Positions 1 to 15,286 of a stretch of 64,000 nt of DNA are shown here, piece after piece. The DNA comes from the human T2T-CHM13v2.0 reference genome, Homo sapiens. Numbering within the stretch: position 1 is the first letter of the stretch; each line of letters begins with the position of its first letter. The stretch lies in the NCBI RefSeq assembly GCF_009914755.1, contig NC_060925.1; one strand, 5' to 3'. The notes under the pieces were generated by a model that made no database searches, was not told where the DNA came from, and saw nothing but the letters and a program-made list of their open reading frames with translations. The position numbers and the translations under genes are program-made.

Positions 1-408
1 AAATGTGGGCAACTCTTCTGAGGCCTTTCCTTGTGAAGGAAAGAGAAATAAGGCAGTAGCCCGAGGGGAGAGTGGGGGCAAGGGAGGCTCCTCAGGTTGG
101 GATAAATCACAGCATGTTTGTAAGCTTCTAGGAAAGAGCCAGTGAAAAAGGAAAAGTTGAGGAGACAGGAGGTAGAGGAGGATTGCTGGAGCATTGCCCC
201 AGAGCACTGTCCCTGGAGCAGACAGCTCACCCGCGGTAATGGAGAGAAGGTGGCACAGAGGGGCAAAGGCAGGCAGACGGATGCGTGAGGGGGCGGCACC
301 TGTGGAGGTTCTGTTTTGGTGACTTGTTTTCTCAATCAAAGAATAAACAAGGCACTTACCCAAGAGTAAATGAAGGGAGAACCCCAGTTTCTTTAAAAAA
401 AAAGAAGT

Positions 409-664
409 GTGTAATCCCAACACTTTAGAAGGCCGAGGCGGGAGGATTGCCTGAGCCTAGGAATTCGAGACCAGCCTGGGTAACATAGTGAGACCCCGTC
501 TCTACAACAAGTTTTAAAAATTAGTTGGGCATGGTGATACACACCTGTAGTCACAGCTATTCAGTAGGCTGAGGTGGGAGGATTGCTTGAGCCAAGGAGG
601 TCAAGACTGCAGTGAGCTGTGATTGCACCACTGTCAGAGTGAGTCCCTGTCTCAAAACAAAAAA
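409..664 (+). mobile_element. Alu (J-like, 5'-truncated)
   Basis: tgtaatcccaacacttt...gagaccagcctggg...tgcagtgagctgtgatt...ctgtctcaaaa. Confidence 0.9.
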
Positions 665-699
665 GGGTGTAAAGAAAAAAAGAGGGAGGCAGAACTTAT

Positions 700-1110
700 A
701 TAATAGAATAAAAGAGGCCTATTACACATATCAACTAATACGTTGGCCTTATTTGGATTCTGACTCAAACAAACAGTAAAAATAAAAAGACATTTATGAG
801 ACAATTGGAAATTTGCACCATCAGTGGATATTTGATCCTATTAAAACGATTAATATTGGAGGTGAAATAATGTTATCAAGGTTACATTTTGTAACAGAGT
901 CATTGTCTTTTAGACATAGATGCTGAAATATCAGTAGATGAAATTAGACAATGACATGGATTTACTTCAAAATAATCCAGTGGAGGGGTGGGGAGAAGGA
1001 AAGGTGGGGTGTGGATGAAGTGTGATTGCCTTTGGGTCAATAATTGTTGAAGTTGGCTGATGTGCAAGAGTCGTTACGCTTTTTCTACTTCCATGATACA
1101 AATTAAAACA
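700..1110 (+). mobile_element. Old L1M 3'-end fragment
   Basis: Resembles the L1MC/ME 3' UTR (gacatttatgagacaattggaaattt...ttcaaaataatccag). Confidence 0.6.
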
Positions 1111-2450
1111 AAGGAAAAAAGAAGAGGGAAGGAGATGCTGGGTGCTTAAGAGGAAAAGGGAAAGTTGGAATTGCCATCTGGGACTGCCAGTGAGGGGGAG
1201 AGGCATGTGACTGTCAAATGCCACGAAAGGCCCACTTGAGATTCAAGAGCATAAATTAAAAGTGAGGCCAGACGGCAGGGAGGTATGTGTGAATGTATTT
1301 CCGCAGCCATGTCCAGCGGCACATGCAGGCACAGAGTAGGTGGAAGGTTAGATTCGACCAGAGTTCTGAGTTTAGCCAACAAAATATGAGCATTGAGAAT
1401 ACCATTCTCCCATCATATTGATGACATCTCTGAGGACCAGAATTATGTCTTTGCTTCAGTGACATTGGGCTAATTTGACTAGATGATTGCCAAGTCCCCC
1501 CTACCCCCACAAGTTTTGACCAATTTTAATACTCTGTCCTCAGCACTTACAAATGATGTATTTGGTTGCATGAGCAAGACAAAAGGAGGGTGGTGGGTAC
1601 AAGTGGCTCTAATTGCCTTGTCTCTCATTTTTCTACCCTTCTTTCCAAAGTGAAGGGTGCTCATCTTGGTTTGAGTGATCCCTCCCAGTGTGTTTGTGGC
1701 TGGGCCAGGAGTGACAGTCATGCCTCTTTTGAACGATGACCTCCCTGCCTTGCATCCTTGTTTTCACTTGTTAGCTTGGTCTGTGGAGGAAATCATTGAG
1801 GTCCAGTAGGGAAACAAAGCACTGCCTACAGAGGCCAGGTGTCTCCCATATCCCTGATTATAGCTGGGCCTTTGTGGGGTGTCCCCCTCAGCCCCTCCTG
1901 TCCATCGGCTTGTGATCTTTCCCAAGACTATTCCATCTGAGGCAGGAGCTTGGCTCTCATTGGCTCTTTTCTTCCCAGGTCCTACTTGCAGGACTGGGGG
2001 CCCAGTTGCTGTGACTTACCTGCTCCAGCTTCCTTGGAGAGAGATGTTTCATAAATCAGAACATGTCTCTGGCCAGGTCATGTTGACCGGTACAAATTTG
2101 TCTCTGACTCATGGCATGTTTTAAAACAAAGACATATTGAACATGTAAACTAAGTATAGCCAGTATGGTTTTTATTCCAATTTTTCTTTTGAGAATTATA
2201 GCAGTTTTCTGAGATAATCACAAGGGGAACTTTTTAAAGAAATCTCTGTGTCGTTTGCTTATCTTTTTATCTTTCACAGGGTTGTAGGGTGTTTGTTGAA
2301 ATTTTGCTATATTGCCATGAACTAGGTTTCAGCATGGCATAAAAGGAGTGTAGACTTGGGAACACCAACCTGGGTTTGATTTTGGCTTTGCCACTCACTA
2401 GCTAAGAAACCTTGGACAAGTTATTTAACATCGCTAGGCTTCAGATTTCT

Positions 2451-2772
2451 TCTTCTTCGAGTTTTTCGTGTGTGTGTTTGTTTGTTTGTTTTGAGACAGG
2501 GTCTCCCTCTGTTTCCCAAGCTGGAGTGCAGGTACAATTTTGGCTCACTACAGCCTCCACCTCCCAGCCTCAGGTGATCCTCCTGCCTCAGCCTCCTGGG
2601 TAGCTGAGATTACAGACACATGCAACCAAGCCCGTCTAATTTTTGTATTTTTAGTAGAAACGGGGTTTTGCCGTGTTGCCCAGGCTGGTCTCGAACTCCC
2701 GGACTCAAGTGATCCACCCGTCTTGGTCTCCTAAAGTGATAGGAATGCAGGCATGAGCCACTACGCCTGGCC
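2451..2772 (-). mobile_element. Alu inserted in a MIR
   Basis: Antisense Alu; TSD taggcttca(g/a)atttct at 2435-2450 and 2773-2788; MIR-like flanks at about 2340-2450 and 2773-2850. Confidence 0.92.
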
Positions 2773-3471
2773 TAGGCTTCAAATTTCTAATGTGTAAAGT
2801 CAGCATAATAGTGTTTCCCTTGTTGGAATGTTGGAAGGATTAAAAGGGATGGTTACTCTAGAAATGGATGTCTGTTCTTAACTTTCCCTCACTGTTGTTG
2901 CCTTTTTTGACAAGCATGGCTGTGAAGGGATTAGAATGTAGATATCTCTGTGACCTTAAAGAGATCATTCCTCTTTGAGCTTCATTCACATTTCTTATCT
3001 ATCTCTGCACCACTTTTCACATGACATTGAACAATGGAATCCAATTAGAGATTTCTGAGATCCCTTTCAGTTTAGATAATCTAGGTTTCCTTTGACTTAT
3101 TGGAACAGCTTTTCTTTTATTTTTAGAGCTCAGGTGCACAGCACTGGGTTAATCATAATTGTTGGTTCATGACTCACTCTCATCATTGGTCCATGCAGGT
3201 CCCACTCTTTTTCTTTCTCTTTTATTTCTGCTCCTTCCTTCCTTTTCTTCCTATTCATCCATCCACCCATCTGTTTGCTTACTTATTTATAATAATATAA
3301 TAAGTATCTACAAACCTACCACCCCCAACAAAAGCTAGGACCTTGATAATTAGCAAATGTCTAATCTTATGATTCCCTCGCCACCACCAGTACCACCAAT
3401 CTATCCTCATTGCCTCCTCCACTACCAGAAGCAATTGTTATCTTTTGATTTTATTTTTAATTAATTATTAT

Positions 3472-3625
3472 TTTTTTGAGATGAGGTCCTGCTATGTTGC
3501 CCAGGCTGGAGTGCAGTGGTGCAGTCATAGTGCATCATAGCCTGGAACTCCTGGGCTGGAGTCATCCTCCTGCCTCAGCCTCCTGAGTAGCAGGGACTGC
3601 AGGTATGCACTAGCACACCTGGCTT
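3472..3625 (-). mobile_element. Alu monomer (FRAM/FAM-like)
   Basis: Single arm gagatgaggtcc...cccaggctggagtgcagtgg...cacacctggc. Confidence 0.8.
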
Positions 3626-3629
3626 ATTT

Positions 3630-5780
3630 TTAATTGTTTGAGAAACTGACCTGCTGTTTTCCTTAGAAGCTGCACTATTTTACATTCCCACCAGCAGTGC
3701 ACAAGGCTCCAACTTCACATCCTTTCCAGCTTTTGTTATTTTCAGTTTTTTTTTTTTCATAGTAGCCATTCTAATAGATATGAGAAGGTGTCTCGTTGTG
3801 GTTTTGATTTGCATTTCCCTAAAGATTAGTGACTTTGAACGTCTTTTTATATGTATGTTAGCCATTTGTGTATCTTCTTGGGAGAAGTATCTATTCAAGT
3901 CCTTCGCTTTTTTTGTTTTTGAGTTGTAGTAATTATTCTCTTGAATCCTGTTTTCTTTTTTCTCTTTGCTTACATTATCTTATCGTATAGCATCCTAATT
4001 CACATTTTGACTTCTATGTAATATTTCATTGTTTGACTCTACCACAGTTTCATTATCCTTTTCTCTGTTGAACTTTTAGGTTTTTCCTAGGTTTCTGCTG
4101 TGGTGAATAGGACTGTGAGGAACATTTTTGTACCTGTGCAAGAGTGTCTCATGGGTATATATCTAGGAGTAAATTTGCTGAATCAGTTTGTGAATGTTCA
4201 ACATTAGAGGTGATACAAAACTTTTCGCAAAGTGGTTGCAATATATAAGAAATATATAAGCAACAGATAAGAAATCCTTTGCCAACATTTGGTATCATTA
4301 GACTTAGTAATGTTTTCCAATTGAATGAGTGTAAATTGGTTTCTGATAATGGTCTTCATTTGCATTTCCCAGACCACCAATGTGTTTATTAGCCATATGT
4401 ATTCCTCTTTGGTTCCTGCCTAGATGTCTGTTGGATTGTTTATCCTCTTATTAATCTGTGAATCTTCTTTATAAAATATTTAAAAATATTTTTATAGTCA
4501 CTCATCGTGAGGTGTATCTTCATTGTTTTCTAGGTTTTAACTTCTCATATATCTTAAGGCTTTTTTCTTCCAAATGAGGTTTACTGAGTTATAAGTTACA
4601 CAGAACAAAATTCACCCTTGCTAGGTGTATAGTCCTATGAATTTTGCCAAACACATAGAGTTATGTAACCACCACCATAAGCAAGATACAGAACATTTCC
4701 ATCATCCCAGAAAGTTCTCTTGTACCCTTTTTTGGGTTAATTCTCTCCCCTTAATCCCAACTCTGGATAACCACTCATCTTTATTCTGTCTCTAGGGTTT
4801 GCATTTTCTAGAATGTCGTATAAATGAGATCCTACAGTATTGAGACTGGCTTCTTTTACTTCATGTATTTGAGATGCCTCTAACTCGCTGCGTGTATCAG
4901 TAGAACATTGCTTTATATTGCTGTATAGTATTCCATTGTATTGCATACCATGGTTTATTTACTCATCTGTTGACAGACATATGGTTTGTTTCCAGCTTTT
5001 GACAATTATAAATAAACTGCTATAAATATTCTCATGCAGTTTTTTGTGTGGACATATATGCATTTTTTTTTTTTGAGATGGAGTCTCGCTCTGTTGCCCA
5101 GGCTGGAGTGCAGTGGCGCGATCTCGGCTCATGCCATTCTCCTGCCTCAGCCTCCCCGAGTAGCTGGGACTACAGGCACCCGCCACCCTGCCCGGCTAAT
5201 TTTTTGTATTTTTAGTAGAGACGGGGTTTCACCATGTTAGCCAGGATGGTCTGCATCTCCTGACCTTGTGATCCGCCCGCCTTGGCCTCCCAAAGTGCTG
5301 GGATTGTCATTTCTCTGGAGTACATACCAGAAGTAGGAATCCCAGGTCATATGGCAACTGTATGTGTAACTTTTGAAGAAACTGCCAAACTGCTTTCCAA
5401 AGTGGATGTACCATTTTTTATTCTCACCAGCAATGTATGTGAGTTCCAGTGGCTGTACATCCTAACTAGGACGTGGGATTATGAGAAGTTTGTTTGTTTG
5501 TTGTTTAGCCATTCTAACATGTGTATAATGGTATCTCAATGTGGTTTTAATTTGCATTTCTGTGTTGAGCATCATTTTGTGTTTGTTTGCCATACATATA
5601 TCATCTTCAATGAAGTGTCTGTTTAGCAAAATGATCTTTTGCTCATTTTTTATTAGGTTGTTTTCTTACTATTCCACTGAGAATTTTTAAATATATTATG
5701 AAAGCCCTTTATAGATTATCAAGTATTTTCTTTCAATCTGGGGCTTGTGTTTTCATCCTCTTAGTAATGTCTCTCAAACA
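3630..5780 (-). mobile_element. Antisense L1M fragments, interrupted by an Alu at about 5063-5306
   Basis: Typical antisense L1 3'/ORF2 text (cattcccaccagcagtg..., gtggttttgatttgcatttccct, gaaactgccaaactgctttccaaagtgg). Confidence 0.8.
5063..5306 (-). mobile_element. Alu (Y/S-like) with an internal deletion of about 25 nt
   Basis: gagatggagtctcgctc...ctcggctca|tgccattctcc; ends at gctgggatt. Confidence 0.9.
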
Positions 5781-6288
5781 GCTGTCTTAGACTACCCTAG
5801 TCTGGACTAGCCCCTCCCTGCCCCCTCACTGTAAGGCAGGCATACATACCTTCAGATGCATGTTCGACCCTGGGTTTCCCAGTGTCACCAACAATCACTC
5901 TGGCACCTTGCGAAGATATTGGCTCTCTGCATTGCTTACTGTCCCGTTTGGACTGGTCTAATTGATGAGAGTGCTTACATCTGTTTTGAACTTTCCAGAG
6001 AGAATGGCTCAACTCCCTTGCATTTCAAAAACCTTCTCCTCTTGCTAGTGGCTTCAGAATGCAGGTCCAGTTATACTAAAATAAGTTCCCTGTTTTAGCT
6101 GAATATGAGATTCACTTAGCAAAAGAAGTTATCAAGGAAGGTTAACACATCTCCTTTCTTGGAAATGTCATTCTTGGGCTCATGATGCCTTGGCATTTTA
6201 TTCTCAGGAGAAATAGCTTTTAAATACACCTGGGAAAGTGTTTTAGTTTTTAGAATCTATAATACATACTAACACATAATGAGAATAA

Positions 6289-6626
<338 letters not shown>

Positions 6627-6849
6627 TGAGAATATATTTTTACAATATTTTCTTCCAGTTTGTATTACTTTATGTGGTAGTAGATTTTTTTTTCCTAATT
6701 TGTTTATGCTTTAACTAACATTAAATTGGTTCTGCCAAGAGAAAAATATAAGGTATAAAAATTGGAAAGGAAGATATATTATGATTATTTACAGATTATA
6801 TAATTATTTACATAGAATACAAAAAGAATCAACTGAAAAACTCTTTTTA

Positions 6850-9800
6850 ATCAAACTTTTTTTTTGAGGGTATTATAGATTCACATTCAGTTGTAGCAGA
6901 TAACACTACTTTGCCCAGGTTCCCCCAATAGTAACATTTTGCAAAACTATAGTACAATATCACAACCAGGATATTGACATTATACCATCAGGATCACCAG
7001 AAGGATCCCTCATGTTGCCCTTTTATGTGTGTGCCCATTTCCTACCACCACCTCCCCCTTCCTTAACCCCTGGCACCCATTAATCACTTCTCCATAATGT
7101 TATCATTTCTCCTATATAAATATATCATTTACATCATATATATCATTTCCACTATAAAAAGTCACAAAGTATGTAACTTTTGGGGACTGGCTTTTTTCAT
7201 TCAGCATAATTCTCTGGAGATTCATCTAAGTTACTGCATATATCACTAGTATAAATAGTCCATTCCTTCTTATTGCTGAGTAGTGTTCCATGGTGTGGAT
7301 CTACCACAGTTTGTTTAACCATTCACTCATTGAAAGACACCTGGATTGTTTTCTAGTTTTTGCCTATTATGAATAAAGCTGTTATAAACATTTATGTACA
7401 GGTTTTTGTGTGAACATAAGCCTTCATTTTTCTGGGATAAATGCCCAGAGGTATATTTGCTGGGTCATAAGACAGTTACATGTTTAGTTATTTAAGAAAC
7501 TGCCAAACCATATTCTAGACGCTGTACCATTTTACATTTCTACCAGCAACATATGAGTGATCTCATTTCTCCACATCTGCACCAGCCTTTGGTGTTGTCA
7601 CAATTTTTTTTAAATTTAGTCATTCCAATAGGTGTATAGTGATGTCTCACTATTTTTTTCTCATTGTGGTTTTAATTTGCATTCCCCCAGTGGCTGATGA
7701 TGTTGAATGCCTTTTCATGTGCGTATTTGTTGTCTGTATTTCTACTCTGATGAAATGTCTTTTTATGTCTTGTGCCCATGTTCTAGTTGGATTATTTGTG
7801 CCTCTACTGCTGAATTTTGAAAGTTCTTCACATATTCTAGAACTAGTTCTTCGTCATATGTGTGGTTTCTCCCACTCGTCATCTTCTTTCGCAGATAAAA
7901 GCTTAATTTTAGTGAAGTTCAGTTTATCCATAAATTGTTCCTTCTATGAATTATACTTTTGGTGTCAGATCTAAGAATTGTTTGTCTAGCTCCAGATTGC
8001 AACAATTTTCTCCTATTTTTATTGTACAAGTTTTATAGTTCTACATTTTATGTTTAAGTTGGCCATCCAATTTGAGTTTGTCTTTGTATAAGGACTTAGG
8101 TTAAGATTCCTTTTTTCTTTCTTTCTTTCTTTCTTTTTGCCTAAGGATATCCAATTATTTCAGCATCATTTGTCGAAAAGACTGTCTTTTCTCCATTGAC
8201 TTGCTTTTGCATCTTTATCAAAAATCAGTTAAGTATATGTGTGTTTCTATTTTGGGTTTTTTTTTTAATTATGTTCCATTGATCTATGTGTCTCTTCCTT
8301 CACCAATACCATGTAGGTTTGGTTACTGTAGTTATATAATGAGTCTTTAAATTGGGTAGACTGATCCTCCTATGTTTTTCTTCTTTGTCAAATTTGTTTC
8401 AGCTATTCTTGTTCCTTTTTATTTCCATATAAATTTTAAAATAATTTGTCTAGCTGTTAAAAATTTTGTTGGGATTTTAATAAGGATTGCATTAAACCAG
8501 TATATATATATGGAGATAATTTGCATCTTTACTGTGTGGAGTATTCCAGTTTATGAACAAAGTAGGCCTCTCCATTTATGTAGATATTTGATTTCTTTAA
8601 TCAGTTCTGTGTAGTTTTAGCATACATGTCCTATGCATGTTTTGTTCATTCTATGCCTATTTTTATAGATTGTAATTTATTTAAAATTTCTGTTTCCATA
8701 TGTTTATTATGTGCATATAGAGATAGTTGATTAATTTTCATGTTTGTCTTGTATCCTGCAACTTTGGTGTATTCATTTATTAGGTTTAATTTTTTTTTAA
8801 TTTGAGAAGCAAGAGCTTTTTCTGTTGTCCAGGCAGGAATGCAGTGGCACCTTCTTTGGCATCTTAGCTCACTGCAGCCTTGAACTCCTGGGCTCAAGGG
8901 ATCCTTCCACCCCAGACTCCTGAGTAGCTAGAACTTCAGGTGCAAGACACCACATCCAGGCTTGCATCTGGATGTGCTGAGTTGCACCTGCAGTTCTAGC
9001 TACTTTAAAATCTTTTTAAATTTTTTTTGTAGGGAGAAGATCTTGCTATGTTATCCAGGCTGGTCTTGAACACCTGACCTCAAGCTATCCTCCTACCTCC
9101 GGCCTCCCAAAGTGCTGGGATTATAGGTGTGAGCCACTTTGCCTGGCCTCATATATTAGTTCCAAGAGATTTTTTTTTAAATCAATTCTTGGAATTTTCT
9201 GTGTAGACCATCATAGTATCTGCATATAGGGACAGTTTTATTCTTCCTTTGTGGCCTATATGCATTTTATTTCCTTTTCTTGCCTTATTCTATTGGCTAG
9301 AACTTTCAGCACTGTGTTGAATAAGTATAGTGAAAGCAGATATCCTTGCCTTGTTGTTAATCTTAGAAAGAAAGCATTTGGTCTTTCCCCATCAAGTATA
9401 ATGTTATCTGTCTATTTTCTAAACGTTTTTTAAAAAATCACACTGAAGAAATTTCTCTCAATTCCTCTTTTTCTGGGTTTTAAAAAAATCATGAATGAGT
9501 GTCTAATTTTGTCAGATGCTTTCTCTGCATTGATTGACACGATTGTGTAATTTTTCTTAATTAGCCTGTTAGTATGGTAGATTATACTGATGAGTTTTAA
9601 AATATAGAACCAGCCTTGCATCCCTGGAATGAACCCCATTTGGTCATGGCGTATAATTCTTTTTATTTATTGCTGAATTCTGTTTGCTTATATTTTGTTA
9701 AGGACTTTTTTTAAATGAATGTTAACATTTTAACTTTTTATTTAAGAAATGGAGGTCTCAAGATATTGCCCAGGCTGGTCTTGAGCTCCTGGCCTAAAGC

Positions 9801-10750
9801 AATCCTCGTGCCTCAGCCCCCTAAGTAGCTGTGACTACAGGCAGACACCACCTCACCTGGTCTGTTAAGGATTTTTGTGTCTATATCTGTGAGAGATTTA
9901 TTGGTTAATAGTTTTCTTTTTCTTTTGTTTCATCTTCTTTTTAAATGTTGCACTATCTATGTCTGGTTTTGGTATAAGGGTAACACTAACCTCATAAAAT
10001 TAATTAGAAAGTGTTTCCCCTCTTCTATAAAAGAGATTTTATTGAATTGGTGTTAATTCTTTAATAATTTGGTAGAATTCTCTAGAGAAACCATCTGGCC
10101 TGAAGGTTTCCTTTTTTGAATATTTTTAAATTATTAATTTCATTTTCTTAATTATAAAGCAATTCAGATTATCTGTTACATATTGGGAAATGTGGCAGTT
10201 TGTGTTTTTTGAGAACTTGGTTCATTTCACCTAAGCTTTAAAAGTTATGTGTGTAGAGTTTTCATGGTAGTTTCTTATAGCCCTGCAGGGGCTATTAAGT
10301 CTGCAGGGGCTACAGTGGCATCCCTCATTCATTCTTGAGATTGATAATTGAGTCATTCCTATTTTTTTGTGTTTTTCATTTTTGCTAAAGGACTGTCAAT
10401 TGAAGTGATTTTTTCAAAGAAACGGCTTGTTGTTTCATTGCTTTTTCCCTATTGTGTTTGTTCTCTGTTTTATTGATTTCTGCTCTTTATTATTTCCTTC
10501 CTTCTGCTTGCTTTTAGGTTTTGGGGTGGGAGGCTGGCTCTTCTTTTACTAGTTCCTCGAGGTGGGACCTTAGATGACTGATTTGAGGTGTTTCCTGTTT
10601 TCTAATGTGTGGATTTATAAACTTCCCCTTAGCAGTGCTTTAGCTGTGTCCCTCGGATTTTGATATGTTGTATTTTCATTTTTATTCAGTTCAATGTACT
10701 TTTTCATTTCAATTGAAACTTTCTCTTTGAATTATGGATTATTTAGAAAT
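6850..10750 (-). mobile_element. Antisense L1M of about 3.9 kb (3' UTR plus ORF2 remnant), containing Alus at about 8790-9148 and 9745-9862
   Basis: Minus-strand ORFs resemble L1 ORF2: MGFIPGMQGWF...IVSINAEKASDKIRHSFM (9430..9639) and LINEYTKVAGYKTN (8646..8897). Confidence 0.88.
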
Positions 10751-10758
10751 CACATTCA

Positions 10759-11385
<627 letters not shown>

Positions 11386-12559
11386 TAAATTTAAAAATAG
11401 AAAAATAACTTTCAATGTGGTGGGATTCAAAATTAGTATGCAATAATTATTTAAAATAGCTTAATGAACAATCAAATGCATAGTAATAAACATAAAAATG
11501 TTCATAATCTGTACAACAAAATTTTAAAATGAAATTGAAGAATTCCAAAGAAAATTTGAACAAATTAAAATTCATATCACATTCTTAGAGTCAACATCAT
11601 AAATGTCAATTCTAAGTTAATTTATAATTTTAATATGACTCCAATAAAAATATCATTTGATTTTCTTTAAGAAAGAAAAAGTCTGATTCTAGAGGAATCT
11701 GTAAAAAAATTGACAAGCAAGAGTAAGCAGAAAAAATTTTTTAAAGACTATAAACTCGATTATAAAACTACAGTAATTAATACGGTATGATACTAGCACA
11801 TGAAGGGATAAACAGATGAGTAGAAAATAAAGTCCAGAAATAGACCTAAACACATAGGAGAATTTAGTAGTGTGTATGATTGAAGATGACATTTCAAACC
11901 ATAGAATAAAAGGTAAATTTTTAAATAAATGAGGTTAGGATCCTCACCATCTTATATACAGTTAGATCCCTTCTTCACATGATTTCAAAGTAAGTTCTAG
12001 ATGGATTAAGATTGAAGCATGATTACCAGCCTGGGTAACATGGTGACACCATGTCTCTATAAAAAATTTAAAAAATAGCCAGGTATGCACCTGTGGGCCC
12101 AGTGCTTGTGGTCCCAGCTACTTGGGAGGTTGAGGTGGGAGGTGGGAGGATCACTTGAGACTGGCAGATCAAGGCTGCAGCGAGTCATGATCATGCCACT
12201 GCACTCCAGCCTGGGCAACACAGCAAGACCCTGTCTCAAAAAAAAAAAAGAAAAGAAAAAAGAAATTAAACCACAGAAATGTTAATGAAAAACATGGAAA
12301 CATAAAAATAGTCTTGAAAAAAGAAGGCCTAAATATGACACAAAACATAGTGAAATAGAAAAGATCCAATCAACTATGAAAAAAATTTCATGCATAATAA
12401 AAACACCACAAATAAAGTCAGGAAAAAAAATAATGATGTGGTCGATTTGCAGCCCCTCTTATAGAGAAGGAGTTTCCTAGTAAAAGAAGTTCCTTCAAAC
12501 TGATAAGAATCAACCAACTGCCCAGTAGAGAAATGGGCAAATAATAGGAATATTGAAAT

Positions 12560-12934
12560 TGATATGGTTTGGCAGTGTCTCCACCCAAATCTCATCTTGA
12601 ATTGTAGTTCCCATAATCCCCATATGTAGTGGGAGGGACCTGGTGGAGGTAATTGAATCATGGGGGCAGTTTCCTCCATGCTATGCTCATAATGGTAAGT
12701 TCTCACAAGATCTGATGGTTTTTTAAGGGGCTTCTCCCTTCACTCAGCTCTCATTCTTGTCTCTCCTGCCACCATGTGAAGAAGGACATGTTTGCTTGCT
12801 TCCTTTCCACCATGATTGTAAGTTTTCAAGGCCTCCCCAGCCATGCTGAACTGTGAGACAGCTAAACCTCTTTCCTTTAGAAATTACCCAGTCTTGGGCA
12901 GTTCTTTATGGCAGTGTGAGAATGGACTAATACA
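12560..12934 (+). mobile_element. THE1/MST-type MaLR solo LTR (THE1D-like)
   Basis: TGATATGGTTTGG...cccaaatctcatcttgaattgtagttccc...ggcctccccagccatg...ggactaataCA; about 375 bp with TG...CA ends. Confidence 0.92.
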
Positions 12935-13340
12935 GTAAAACGAAAATACTCAATCTTACTTATAGTAAGAGAACCACAAAGGAGATGCCAATTTCTGTGT
13001 ATCACATTGTCAGAGATCAAAAAGATTAATAACACAACATATTGGAGAAGGAATGGGAAACAGGAACTCTCATACATTGCTGGTGGTAGTATAAATTGTC
13101 ACTACATTCATGGAGAGCAACTTGGCTGCATTATCTTTGGATAAATTACTATCCAATAATTTATTTGAATAACAGTCTTGCAAATATAAGAATCACATTT
13201 ACCCAAAGATATGTATTGTAGCAATTTTCTATATGAAATGATTACAAGCAACCTAAATGTCTATCAGTAGAGGATTAAGTAAATAAATTATGATCTGTTT
13301 ATACAATGGAATACCATGGAACTGTTAAAATAACAAGGCA

Positions 13341-13648
13341 CGCTGGGCGCGGTGGCTCTTTTGTCTGTAATCCCAGCACTTTGGGAGGCCGAGACAGGTG
13401 GATCACGAGGTCAGGAGATCGAGACCATCCTTGCTAACATGGTGAAACCCCGTCTCTACTAAAAATACAAAAAAATTAGCCGGGCGTGGTGGTGGGTGCC
13501 TGTAGTCCCAGCTACTCGGGAGGCTGAGGCAGGAGAATGGGTGTGAACCCAGGAGGCAGAGCTTGCAGTGAGCCAAGATAGCACCACTGCACTCCAGCCT
13601 GGACAACAGAGCAAGACTCTGTCTCAAAAAAATAAAAATAAAAATAAT
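13341..13648 (+). mobile_element. AluY-like element
   Basis: gatcacgaggtcaggagatcgagaccatcc diagnostic; TSD aataacaaggca at 13329-13340 and 13649-13660. Confidence 0.92.
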
Positions 13649-15018
13649 AATAACAAGGCAGTTTTATATGAATGAATATAGAAAGATATCTAAGATATTT
13701 GTTAATGGCAAAAAGCAAGGTAGGGGAAAATATGTATAGTATGCTAGAATTTTTAAAAATACATGTATATGTATATGTGTTTACATAGACTCTCTGGGAG
13801 GGTATACAACAAACTAGTAACTGGTTGGCCAGGGACAGGGTATGAGTGGAGCTTGGGAAGCTGTGCGACAGGTTTGAGAGGACGATGTTCTAGGCTCATC
13901 TCAAAAGTATACTGTATATAGTTTTGTATCATTTGAGTTTCATATCACGTGAAGGGATTAACTATTCAAAAAGTAAGTAAAATAATTTTTTAAATGTTTA
14001 AGTAAGAATCCTGAGAGACAGAGACAGAATGATCTTTTTGCCCTGAGCACAGTCTAAATATTCAAGGGGTAGAGGCACATGAACCACGAGTCAGGAGAAT
14101 TTTGATTGTGTGCTTCTTTAGAAATACGCCCTTATGGAATTAGGGAATTCCAAGATGAGAAAGTGTAAGAGATCCCGGGACCAGCTTATACTTTGTGGCA
14201 GAGGGAAGGACAGTCTGAGAATAAACGTTTGCTAAGGAATGATCTGTAAAGAATCCCCAGACAGTCATTAAGATATGAATGCTGAAAGAAAGAAGTGTTG
14301 GAGCTGGTTAGCAACCCCAGACACTCCCTGTCATCAGTCCGACATGCTGCGTCCTGCCTTTGTTGCTGGGGAGTGTCTTCCACACCTACTCTCCTTGCTT
14401 CCAGCCCAGACCTCATTCAGAGGAACGAATGAGGTGTCTGCAGCGTGGCTGCTTCATCTGACCTTCTGGAATCTAGGGACAGCAACCAAGTGCCTAGCAA
14501 ACTGACCATGGTCTCCTCCTTGCTGTGACCCAGAGCTGCTCTTCTTGCAAATTGGAAGATATCAGGTGCCTTGTTGGTCTCTAGTCCTCCCTGGAGTATC
14601 AGGTATCCTTCCTGGAACCTTCCTATGCCTGAGTCAGAGGGACAGTCTATTTCCTGGATTCTAAGTTTCACTTTTAACTAACCCTAAAGTCCTATGACTG
14701 GTGATAAAAGCACTGGTGGTAATTGTGATTTCATTCATCTTTAAGGATTATCTGTCTGTCTATATATCTGTCCATCTATCCTCAAATCACAGCCCTCATT
14801 TGATCTCTACAGCAATCCTATAGGTAGATCTGATCTCTCATTTTTAAATGGCAGTAAAATATTTGTACGAAGATTTTGTTTTCCAAGTACTTTCCTCTGT
14901 GTTATCTCATTGCTGTCCCCTGACACTCTCATCTAGGTGAGGAAGGATTTATTAACCCAGATATATCAATGAGGGTATTGGAGAGTCAACTGTGTGGAAT
15001 AGTGGGCCTTTGAGATAA

Positions 15019-15258
<240 letters not shown>

Positions 15259-15286
15259 TAAAATGGGGATAATAATATCTATATCA

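Larger units (their letters stand above)
11400..13900 (+). mobile_element. Degraded sense L1M ORF2/3' region, interrupted by an Alu (about 12025-12260), a THE1 LTR and an AluY
   Basis: A-rich L1 motifs: gtccagaaatagacc, gaaatgggcaaa, ggaactctcatacattgctggtgg, caacctaaatgtctatcagtagagga. Confidence 0.75.
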
